Shown: piece by piece, positions 1 through 30,200 of the stretch
Layout: each line of letters opens with the position of its first letter
Numbering within the stretch: position 1 is the first letter of the stretch
Origin: Macrostomum lignano
Lineage: Eukaryota
Assembly (NCBI GenBank): GCA_002269645.1
Contig: NIVC01001999.1
Coordinates: 92,982 to 156,981, forward strand
DNA: 64,000 nucleotides
Direction: 5' to 3'
Made by a program: the position numbers and the translations under genes
Notes under the pieces: generated by a model
What the model was told of the DNA's origin: nothing
Databases searched by the model: none
What the model saw: only the letters and a program-made list of their open reading frames with translations

Positions 1-16244
<16,244 letters not shown>

Positions 16245-16560
16245 TCCCGCCAGGCAGTTGTGAGTGCTCAGCCAGTATGATAACAGGTGTGCCAGACAGA
16301 CAGTTTGCAGTATTTTTAATTGTTAGTCTTTCCAAAAGTGATTTGGGCTGTCAGGTGGGCATGCAGGACTGCAGCTGTTCCGTGATGGGTGAGAAAGCGG
16401 GTGTGAGTTGAGCTGCTTTTGTTCCAGCAGGGCATTGCATGAAAATTGAGAGGCTTGTGCATCGGATTCAGTGCCTAATTCCTGCATCCAGTGTACTCAA
16501 AGGGCAAGCCTGCAGTGGAGCTGCAGAGCGATTTGTATGGCCAGCGTAGGCCTTGAACCA

Positions 16561-16574
16561 GTTGCCATGGCGAT
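16561..16574. promoter_or_regulatory. RFX X-box-like site upstream of the ITPR-like ATG
   Basis: GTTGCCATGGCGAT; its reverse complement fits RTHNYYWTRRNRAC; ~320 bp upstream of the ATG at 16244. Confidence 0.45.
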
Positions 16575-17103
16575 GCTTTTGAGGCGTTCTAAGAAATTTT
16601 CTGCCCCGACTCAGTGGGACAGGATGCTGGGAGCTTACGGTTGGCAGGCAGGGCTCCCAATCTGCATCGTGTTTAGTCCACTTGCCGTTTCACACAATTT
16701 CGGAGATACTCAGTTTAATTACGAGCGAACTTGAATATTAAATAACTCCCAGCATCTTGACCGATATGCATTCTATTTTCTTATTGCGCAATGGGCTCCA
16801 CTAGTAAAATTTACTACAAAATTTCTGTTTTCCTAGCTGCTTGCTTTTCTTAACTGTTGCAAAAACGGAGTGACTATAAGCTGCGGGTGCTTTACAACAC
16901 TACTTTACAGTGCACCGATTGCACAGGAATGAGCCATTTTTGTGCTGCTAAAAATAGCTCTGACCTGAGCTGCTCAGACTCACTCTCCTGGGGATTTCCG
17001 AGTCGAGCGTGCTACGGTCCAAGCAAGTTGCATTGCTGTGGCATATTTCACTACGACATCTGCTTCAGCCATATTTGACCGCGACTGTAAGTTTGTGTCG
17101 TTG

Positions 17104-19509
<2,406 letters not shown>

Positions 19510-20029
19510 GTTGAATTACTTGGGACTTGACTGCGTTTCTGAGCTCAGTTTGAGTTGCTTTTGAGTCAGTTGCTCAAATGCTGCAATGCTGCTCACTGGA
19601 CTGACCGCCTCATCTGTAATTATAACTGTACATTGCCAGCTTCTCCATTCATTGAAGATACACAAATACAATATTCCGAGCTTTTACCGAGAGTAAAAAT
19701 GACTAAATTCTGGCAAAAAGTTTTTGTCTTGTAATGGCTTCAACAGGTGTAATGGTTATCCAATATACACTGAAGATATATAATATACTAAAACTGTTTA
19801 AACGATCATAGAATGCAAAAAAAACTGCAACACAAAATGTTGTCACTATATGACCGGGAATAGTTGAAGGATGAGGCGTAAAAATCATATAATAAAAAAT
19901 AGTATATTTCATGGTGCGAGTGCATGATGTTGTATATTAGTCACCTTAACCTACAGATATGACGGTTCACACTAAATTCCTAGGCTCCTTCTTTTCTAGT
20001 GGAACGATAGTCTATGGCCAAACCTCACT

Positions 20030-21115
20030 AAAAAACTAAGCCTGAGAACTCAAAACGAGGCCTGTTAACCGGTTAACAGGCCTAAGAACAAGGCCTGAGA
20101 ACATTTTAGAACGACTATAATTTGTCAGTTAGTCCATTAGAAGTATAAACTATCAACAGCAGTAAAGACCGATTCATTCTTGCCGATTTACTCGAACATG
20201 ATTTCTACGCTGTTGGTGTCACCGTGGACAGTCATGCGCATCTTCTTGGTAGTACCCTCAGACACGACATCTTGCTCATTGGTCCGCCCATTGGACTCCA
20301 CGGCTCCTCCGGCGTGTAGAGCGTAGGTCATACGCGAATGATCCTGGACGTCTAGCCGTATGTACCTCTCTATTGCGTTGGACGAATGTCCAGTGACGCG
20401 GGCTATATCGTCCCTAGCCAGTCCAGCCCGATGCAACCTGATGGCACAAGTCTTCCTTAGAGACTGGTTTGAGAATTTACCATCCGTAGACACGGGTTTG
20501 GTGATATTCGCCACAATTGGAGTCGAGAGTATGCCGGCCGATAGGTAGACACAGAGAGACCGCAGGCGTCTCCATGAAGCAGTTTGGTTTGCCTCTCCTG
20601 AAACCAGTCGTCAAATTGCTTTAGTGCCCATCGTTCCTTCCGGCGTGTCGATTCCGGCACAGCAGCGTCAATCCTTTCAGCAACCTCGTTATCGGACAGT
20701 AAAGCAAATCTAGAAGCCTCGTTTTCTCTCAATTCAATGTCATTCAACCAGTCGAAAGCGAGTTCCAAGTCGTGTTCCCTGATTCTCAGTTCTCTCTGAT
20801 TTCCTCTAGCTGCCCAAACCTTTCCTTTCTCGCTTTTAATTTAAGCATCGAATCTTTTACTTTAATTTTTGTCTATGGTTAAATGTGGTCACACATTTAA
20901 CCACACCCCCGCTTTTGACGAATACCTCTCTCCCACTCCCAGTCGCTTCCAATATCTGTAGATTAAGTACGATCTTCGTCTGTTCTTTTGGTGTCTATGG
21001 CAGAAAGACCTCGGACGCAATTCTAAGGCCTCGGCTTCGCCTCGGCCTGAGAACAGCGTCCTCGGCCTTTCTCTGCCATAGGAACCAAAAGAACAGACAA
21101 AGATTATATACGTCA
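20030..21115 (-). mobile_element. Crypton-like tyrosine-recombinase DNA transposon, internally deleted
   Basis: N-terminal ORF 20768-~20570 (VPESTRRKERWALKQFDDW) and C-terminal ORF 20514-20188 (FSNQSLRKT...VTGHSSNAIERY) resemble Crypton/DUF3504-type YRs; flanked by palindromes sharing GGCCTRAGAAC. The boundaries are approximate. Confidence 0.65.
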
Positions 21116-21262
21116 CGGCAGAAAAGTTTGTTAATGTAGATTGATAAAAAGTTAAATAAAAAGGAAATTAGTAACGCAAAACAACTCGAGCATTTGAAGT
21201 CCCGAAACCGTAAAAAAATGTCACACAATTACACAAAATAACAATTTTCGTCACGGAAACTC

Positions 21263-24200
21263 TCAGCGCTCGTCAAAGTAGGCGCCCTCGAAGTCCTGGA
21301 TGGCACGACACGCGCGCAGCGGCAGCAGCCTGCGGTTGGCATTGATGAAGCATTGGTGTTTGAGCAGTCTGTTCTCAATCGTGTTAACTGTTCAAAACAC
21401 GTTTATGAAACTCACCCTCGCAGCATGAAGCTCCTCTGCAGGCTGGCGGGCACGCAGACCAGAGTGTGGCGGTACTGCACCGCGCTGAGGATGCTGGCTG
21501 CCACTTGCGCGGGCGTCAGCTGGAGCTCCGGGCTGCGGGCGGGAGAAGGGGGCGCGGGCTGGTCATTGATTATCGATTACTTGGGATTCATTATCGATTA
21601 GCTGGGCATTGATTATCGATTACTTGGGCAGTGATTATAGATTGGCTGGGATTGATTATCGATTAGTTGGGCAGTGATTATAAATTGGCTGGGATAGATA
21701 ATCGATTGGTTGGTCATTGATTACCGATTGGCTGGGATTGATTATCGACTGGCTGGCATTGATTATCGATTATTTGGGCATTGATTATCGATTATTTGGG
21801 CATTGATTATCGATTGGCCGGGATGGATTATCGATTGGCTGGGATGGATTACCGATTGGCTGGGATGGATTATCGATTGGCTGGGATGGATTATCGATTG
21901 GCTGGGATGGATTACCGATTGGCTGGGAGTTTGATTATGGATTATGGACCATAACATCATACTCATATCTCAGACGATCACCTCATTCCGGGCTTGACAG
22001 ACTTGCCAACGAGCACCCCGCCAGATCCGGGGTCAAGGAAGGTCGGGCACACGGCGCTCAGGAAGATCCGGTTCCGCCCGTACAGCCCCATCCGGCGCAG
22101 CTCGTCCTGCACAGCTTCCATGAAGCCCAAGCTGCCAAACTTTGAGGCGCTGCAAAAAACAGTGAGAATAAAGCGTTGGCTTGAAAAACGGAATTTCGTA
22201 TTAAAGAATCGTTGCTCCACCTGTAGTCGGTGCAGTAGGCCACTCCCATGCAGGCTGCCATGCTGGCCACCGAGACAATGTGGCCTCGGCCTCGCTTGAT
22301 CATGTGCGGCAGGGCCGCGCGAACCACCTGCGGCAGGGTGGGGGAGGGTGCGTTATGGGATGTGGGATCAGGCTCTGGGTGAGGTGTGATGGCTCTGGGT
22401 GAGGTGTGGGATCAGGCTCTGGGTGAGGTGTGATGGCTCTGGGTGAGGTGTGGGATCAGGCTCTTGGTGAGGTGTGAGATCAGGCTCTGGGTGAGGTGTG
22501 ATGGCTCTGGGTGAGGTGTGATGGCTCTGGGTGAGGTGTGATGGCTCTGGGTGAGGTGTGATGGCTCTGGGTGAGGTGTGATGGCTCTGGGTGAGGTGTG
22601 ATGGCTCTGGGTGAGGTGTGATGGCTCTGGGTGAGGTGTGATGGCTCTGGGTGAGGTGTGATGGCTCTGGGTGAGGTGTGATGGCTCTGGGTGAGGTGTG
22701 GGATCAGGCTCTGGGTGAGGTGTGGGATCAGGTTCTGGGTGAGGTGTGATGGCTCTGGGTGAGGTGTGATGGCTCTGGGTGAGATGTGATGGTTCTGGGT
22801 GAGGTGTGGGATCAGGCTCTGAGTGGTGTGGGATCTGACTCTGGGTGAGGTGTGGGATCTGACTCTGGGTGAGGTGTGGGATCTGACTCTGGGTGAGGTG
22901 TGGGATCAGGTTCTGGGTGAGGTGTGGGATCAGGCTCTGGGTGAGGTGTGGGATCAGGCTCTTGGTGAGGTGTGGGATCAGGTTCTGGGTGAGGTGTGGG
23001 ATCAGGCTCTGGATGAGGTGTGATGGCTCTGGGTGAGGTGTGGGATCAGGCTCTTGGTGAGGTGTGAGATCAGGCTCTGGGTGAGGTGTGATGGCTCTGG
23101 GTGAGGTGTGATGGCTCTGGGTGAGGTGTGATGGCTCTGGGTAAGGTGTGGGATCAGGCTCTGGGTGAGGTGTGGGATCAGGTTCTGGGTGAGGTGTGAT
23201 GGCTCTGGGTGAGGTGTGATGGCTCTGGGTGAGGTGTGATGGCTCTGGGTGAGGTGTGATGGTTCTGGGTGAGGTGTGGGATCAGGCTCTGGGTGAGGTG
23301 TGGGATCAGGCTCTGAGTGGTGTGGGATCTGACTCTGGGTGAGGTGTGGGATCTGACTCTGGGTGAGGTGTGGGATCTGACTCTGGGTGAGGTGTGGGAT
23401 CAGGTTCTGGGTGAGGTGTGGGATCAGGCTCTGGGTGAGGTGTGGGATCAGGTTCTGGGTAAGGTGTGGGATCAGGTTCTGGGTGAAGTGTGGGATCAGG
23501 CTCTGGGTGAGGTGTGGGATCATACCCTGGGTGAGGTGTGGGATCAGGCTCTGGGTGAGGTGTAGGATCAGGCTCTGGGTGAGGTGTGGGATCAGGTTCT
23601 GGGTGAGGTGTGATGTCTCTGGGTGAGGTGTGATGGCTCTGGGTGAGGTGTGATGGTTCTGGGTGAGGTGTCGCGAAATTTCAGCTTGCGCTAATAGAAT
23701 TCACTTGCTCCCTTTTCATTTTCTTCCATTCCCTGTGTGCCTAGTCCATCTTCTATCTACCGCGCTCTACGTACTGTACATTCTTATCTTGTTTTCCGAT
23801 TATCGATCGGTGAGTTTTCAGTCAGCCCCCCCCCCTCGGTCTCGTTAGAGCATTTTAGCCCTCGCCCTTCTTACCCATTTTCTTCTTATCTATTCTCTAC
23901 CCCCCTCTCTCAACCACGCAAATAAATATACTGCTGGAGGAGCCTTTTCATCCTAACTTTGGTTTTCAAGTTGTTATTGTCAACGTATTCACTGGCCAGT
24001 GTTATTTCTTCAGTTATTTTTCTACATGGCGCCCGACTGAATTGAACCCGTTCACTACACTGCTTCTGCTTGTGAACCTTCGTTCGGCTCGTTTACTCTA
24101 TCGTCTCGCATCGTATCGATTTTGTTACCTCTGCTTTCGTCTGCTCGTCTTCGTCGAATCTGCCTTCGTTAACTCTGCGTTCGTCTGCTCGTCTTCGTCG

Positions 24201-27200
24201 AATCTGCCTTCGTTACCTCTGCGTTCGTCTGCTCGTCTTCGTCGAATCTGCCTTCGTTACCTCTGCGTTCGTCTGCTCGTCTTCGTCGAATCTGCCTTCG
24301 TTACCTCTGCGTTCGTCTGCTCGTCTTCGTCGAATCTGCCTTCGTTACCTCTTCTTCTTCTTCAGTCCTTTTCTCGCCTCGCGGCGTGGACGCTCTGCCG
24401 CCGACTCACTGGCAGGTCTTTCGATGTCTGGCCATGTTCGTGCGGGCCAGCATCCTCCCGCAGTCCGGGCACGGAGCTCTGGCGCTCTTGTAGATCCGCG
24501 CCGTAATCCCCGTTACCTTACCGTTAGCCTTCGTTACCTCTTCGTTCGTCTGCTCGTCTTCGTCGTCGTCTTTGCTTCTCATCGTGCTCAAGGCTTCAGA
24601 CTCTGTGCTCACTCCGGATTCAGGACTCAGGACGAACGAACTGGACAGCTGCCTGGAGAAGTCGACTCGTCTGCCAGCTAAGTTTTCATTTGGACTGTTT
24701 TCAGTTAGCTGTCCGACTTTCCACTCATTTATACTCCTTTCTATTCATTGCGTGTTGTTTGTTTCACTGCTTTTGCTATCAGTCACGTAGTCGTAGATTT
24801 TCACTTTGCAATTTTATTCACATTTTCCTAATTCAGTAAAATTTTCGCTTGATTTGTGTGTGCACTGAGGTTAGTTGTGGGTCCTATTGCGCTCCTCTCT
24901 GAACTCTCTCACTGCTAGCTGCTTGGTTGCTGCTCGTTGCTGCTCGAGGTCGTTATGTCTGCGGAGGTCAAGAAGAGGGCTCTGATTAGAGCAGCTGTCA
25001 CTCGGACTATCGCGAAGGCAGACAAGCTCTTGTCGCTTAGTTGGTGGAATGCCGAAGCCGTTGCTGATGCTGAGGCGTGCTTAGAGGTTCTCAAGGAGAA
25101 GCTGGAGGCGTTAAAAGGTGCAGATGAGGTGATTCAGGAAGATCTCTCTGACGATAAGATGGAATCTGAGTTGGCTGAGAGCTATGACTACTCGTTTCGC
25201 TGCCGCAAGTACATTAAATTGCTGGAAAATTCCCAAAGTTCAAACGTGGCGCATCAACAGCCTTCAGGCTCCGCTCAACCTCAGGTGAAGCTACCTAGGT
25301 GTCAGCTACCGACCTTTGATGGGACAGTTACGGGTTGGCAGACCTTTTGGGATCAGTTTTCGTCATCTGTGGACTCAAATTCATCGCTCGCTGATATCGA
25401 CAAATTCAATTACTTGCTCGCTTCTCTCTCTGACTCCGCCAAGGCTGGCATTCGGGGTCTGGCAGTGACTGGTGCGAATTACGCGGCTGCAATCACAATT
25501 CTGCGAGATCGGTTTGGCAAGCCAGATTTGATAGTCAGAGACCTCATGCATCAGCTGTCAGAGCTTAGGCTAAGTGACACCTCGCTTTCAAGCCTTCAAC
25601 GTTTTCATGACGATGTGTCTGCTGCCGTGCGCAGCCTTGAAGCTCAGAATGTGCACGCTGCCTCGTATGAGACATTGTTGCTGCCGAACCTACTCAAGCG
25701 GTGCCCAGATGAATTTAGGTTGGACATGCTCAAGTCAGCCGCTTATTCAGGATCACAGTGCGATTCAGTTAAGGACTTTTTACATCTCTTAAGCCAGGAA
25801 ATTGAGGTTCGTGAGAAGGCTGTTTTGATTGGCAAGAAGACTGGACACGATCGCGAGCGGTCTGGAGGCTCGCCGAAGCCTTCACTTTCAACTCTGACAG
25901 TTCAATCTAGCTCGAAGAGCACACCAAGGGAACATGGCAAAGTCTTCTGCACTTACTGCAAGGCTGGACACAAGTCTGAAGATTGTCTTCAATTTGCAAC
26001 AGCGGATAGACGTCGCGAGTTTTTGCACCAGGAAAAACGTTGCTTTCGGTGCTTGCGCACAGGTCATGGTGCTCGCACGTGCAATGATCCGCGGCAGTGC
26101 AGATTCTGTGACGGCGCACATCACGTGAGCATTTGCAACAAGGCTCCAGCTAAAACTGTCATCACTAGGCCTGCCGGTCTAGCTAAGTCTAATAAACCTG
26201 CCGGAAAGCAACTTGGAAGACAGGCAAGGTCAAATAATCAGTGCTTACCTACGACTGCAGTTTCCGCTGAGTCCTCGCCACTCGATCATTCGGCTCAAGC
26301 TCAGTTTGATAATTCGAACGTGCGGGCCGATGCTGGCAGCTCAGTCACCGTCTGTGCTACTCATGAAGAGCCGGCACCGGTCGCTTCACCGAATCACGTC
26401 TCTGATCATTTTTCTTCGACCATGTTCCTTAGCAGCAATCCTTCAGTGGCCCTTCCTGTTGCCAAAGCTATACTGTTGAGTGCTGATGGTCAGCGAGAGC
26501 TCCTGATTAGGGTGTTGCTCGATACAGCTAGCAACAGATCCTACATCAGAAAGGATGTATGCGATCTCTTAGGCATCACGGCAACCAGGAGTGAGCCATT
26601 GACTGTGTCGACATTCACTGGTCTCAATACAACAATCGAATCCGGTACTGTCACTTTCTCAATCAGGAAAATAGATTCGCGTCAAGTTTTGAACATCCGT
26701 GCTAATATGGTCAATGATATCTGTCAGCCTCAGCGCTCAGTCTTAGTGAACCAGTTTCCGCATCTGCGCAATTTAGACTTAGCAGATCCGCACGACCCAC
26801 GCGATGAGAGCACGCCAATTTCTGTTCTGATCGGGGCCGATCAATATTATGATATCGTCGGCGGAGAAGTAATCCGTGGAACATCTGGACCGTCAGCTGT
26901 GTCGTCAAAGTTGGGTTTCGTCCTTTGCGGGCCAGTCAAGTTGACTGAGGACTCCGGCAGTCCCTCGAACAATTCAGCAGCTGACGGGCCAAGTGAAGCT
27001 TCTCAAGTTCTCTGCTGTACAGTTGCAGACCCACTGACTGTCACTTCTGACTGTGACTTGTCCCGATTCTGGCGCTTAGACGCTATTGGTATCTCAGAAG
27101 TTCAGTGTCAGTCCTCGATTGATGAATTCGTTTGCGACCCGCAGCTCATCAACGGACGCTACGAAGTCAAGCTTCCTTGGAAGCATCCAGATAGCTCACT

Positions 27201-30200
27201 CGTGCTACGCAATCATTTTGATCTCGCATACAAGCGTCTGGACACGACTATGCGCGCTCTCTCGCGCCAACCGGATACGTTCGAGAAAGCATTTGCGATC
27301 ATCCGTGAGCAGGAAGCTACAGGTGTCATTGAGAAAGTGCCGGATGCCGACCTACAGCAAGATACTAACTGTCATTATCTTCCTCATAGCTGTGTTGTGA
27401 AAGCTGACAGTGAGCACACAAAACTGCGTATTGTCTTTGACGGTTCTGCACGAACTTTCAGGGAAGATTATTCAATCAACGATCATCTACAAGTCGGTCC
27501 GACGGATTTTCCTCGCATTCCCGAGATTCTCCTGCGCTTTCGTCGTAACCCTATTGCTATTCTTGGTGACATTGAGAAAGCATTTCTCCAAATCTCTGTT
27601 CACGCTGGCGATCGCGATATGCTGCGTTTTTTGTGGCCCGATTTGTCGGACGAAAGACAAATATGTCATTATCGATTTTGCCGTCTACCATTCGGTTTGA
27701 CTTGTTCGCCAGGTGTGCTCCGAGCTACCATCCTGCGCCATCTGGACACGTTTGAGTCTGCTTTTCCGGAATGTGTCGGTATCGTTCGGAAAGACCTTTA
27801 CGTCGATAATCTCGTAACCAGTTGTAGTTCGGACACAGAAGCTCTAGCTCTGTACCATGACGCTAAAAAATTGTTCGATCTGGCTGGTATGAATATGCGT
27901 CAGTGGATGTCGAATTCTACCTCCTTCAACGCGCATCTTCCGGAGCAAGATGTGGGTCACGCCAAAAAAGTCCTTGGGCTCGTCTGGTGTTCGAGTAATG
28001 ACGTCATTCGTATGGATTTCCGTGACTTGGCTTGCGTGCACAGTGAGCATTGTCCAACTAAGCGCTCAGTACTAAGTAAGCTGGCATCAGTGTACGATCC
28101 GCTTGGACTAGTGTCTCCAGCCGTAATCTCTGCCAAGATATTGCTTCAACAGTTGTGTGTCAGAAAAATCGACTGGGATGAGCCTCTCCCACCTGACATC
28201 TCCCAGGCTTGGCACTCCTGGCAGCAATCGTGGGATGGTTGCATCTTCGAGTTTCCTCGTTATTTCTTCCGCACGCTTGGTGCCAAGCCAACAAACATTC
28301 AACTGCACGGCTTCTGTGATGCTAGTGAGTCAGCTTTTGCTGCTTGCATCTACGCGCGTGTTGCATCTGACGATGGCGCCGTCGACACCGTGCTCCTCAT
28401 GGCTAAGTCTCGCGTTGCGCCGCTGCTGAATCTATCCATTGCTCGCTTGGAACTGCTAGGAGCCTTAATACTATCGCGCCTTATGCACCTGGTCTCACAA
28501 CAATTCCCAGGCGCGGAGCGTTTCCTTTGGACTGACAGTTTAACGACACTCTGCTGGATCACTAACATAGAAAAGCTTCGCAAGGTGTTTGTTCAGAATC
28601 GGGTCCGAGAAATTCGTAGCTTAACCTCTGTTTCTGAATGGCGACATGTGCCAGGAGAGAATAATCCTGCCGACATTCCGTCTAGAGGCTGTCGACCAGA
28701 GAGTCTGCAGTCCAACACCCTCTGGATGCACGGCCCAGATTTTTTGAGTTCAGGAGACTTTCCGTCATCTCTAACTCCGTTTCCTCAACCGGTTGCCGAA
28801 GAGTCCACGTCTCAGTCTGGTACAGTGCTCCTTGCCTCTGTGGCTGCAGCCACGTTCCCTGATCGTGAGTCTGTTTTGGATTCCCCAACATCGGACGTTT
28901 CTTCGATTATTAATGTCGAGCGTTTCTCTAGTTTTAACAAGTTACTTCGCGTCACAGCTTGGGTCAGGCGTTTCGTTCTGAATTTAAAGGCCTCGTTGGC
29001 GCGGTCACCGCTACAAAAATTCAATTTTGTGACCGCAGCAGAGCTGCACACGTGTGAAACACTCTGGCTCCGTTCTGCTCAACGTTCTGGATTCTCGAAA
29101 GAAATCGATCACCTCTCGAAACACTCGACAGCTACTCCGCTGTGCAGGGATCTAAATCTGGTTCTCGACGACGAAGGTTTGCTTCGATCGAAAGGACGAA
29201 TCGGTGAAGCCTTTCCCTATGAGACCAATTATCCAATTCTAATTCCTCGTCATTCTCACCTGGAGCAGCTCCTCATCAGGAGAGCTCATCAGTCAGTCGC
29301 GCACGGGGAGTCGCTCCCACGCTCTGCAAGATTCGAGAGAAGTTTTGGGTACTCAAAGGTAGACAGCGAGTGAAGCAGGAGTTGTCTCGGTGTGTTGTAT
29401 GTCGGAAGATTCAAGGGCGTACGTACACCGTGCCGGTCGTTTCCCAGTTACCGAACTTTCGTTTGGCGGATCTTCGCCCCTTTCAGACTGTTGGTATCGA
29501 CTATTTTGGTCCGATTTTGTATCGGACGGGGGAGAGTGACGTCTCGACTAGTGAGCCTGCAAAAGGGTACGTGTTGCTCTTCACATGCTCGACCACTCGA
29601 GCAGTGCATTTGGAGCTGCTATCAGATATGTCAACTCGACAATTTCTTCACGGCTTGCGACGCTTTGTGGCGCGTCGTGGACTTCCTTCGTTGATCAGCG
29701 ACAACGCAAAAACCTTCCGTTCAGCAGCTCGAATCCTCGGTGCCAGCACTAGCGATCAGGTGCAGGCGTTCTGTGCTGAAAGGAGAATTACCTGGCAGTT
29801 CATACCGGAAAGGGCCCCATGGTGGGGCGGATTCTGGGAGCGGTTAGTTGGAGTCATTAAGGGCTCTTTGAAGAAAAGCATCGGCCGTGCTCAGTTAAAC
29901 TTTGATCAGTTGTCGTCTACAATCATCGAAATCGAAGCTATCATCAACAGTAGGCCATTGTTGTACGTCTCTGCCGATGACCGGAGTGAAGTTATTACTC
30001 CTTCACACTTTCTACTTGGAGTGCGACTCACTTGGGAACCTGATCAAGGTGCGACTCAGTCATCAACGCTGCTGTCACTACCTAGACGACTCGATCTTCT
30101 GCGCAACGCTCTGAATCGTTTCTGGAAGGTTTGGCAAGAGGACTACGTCACCGCTCTCCGCGAGAAGCCATTGCATGGGCAAGGATGTGGTCCCTTTCCG

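Noticed and set aside
29300-29373. Programmed ribosomal frameshift between RNase H and integrase
   Set aside because: No slippery heptamer is visible, BEL/Pao pol is normally one ORF, and a single G in a homopolymer explains the shift.
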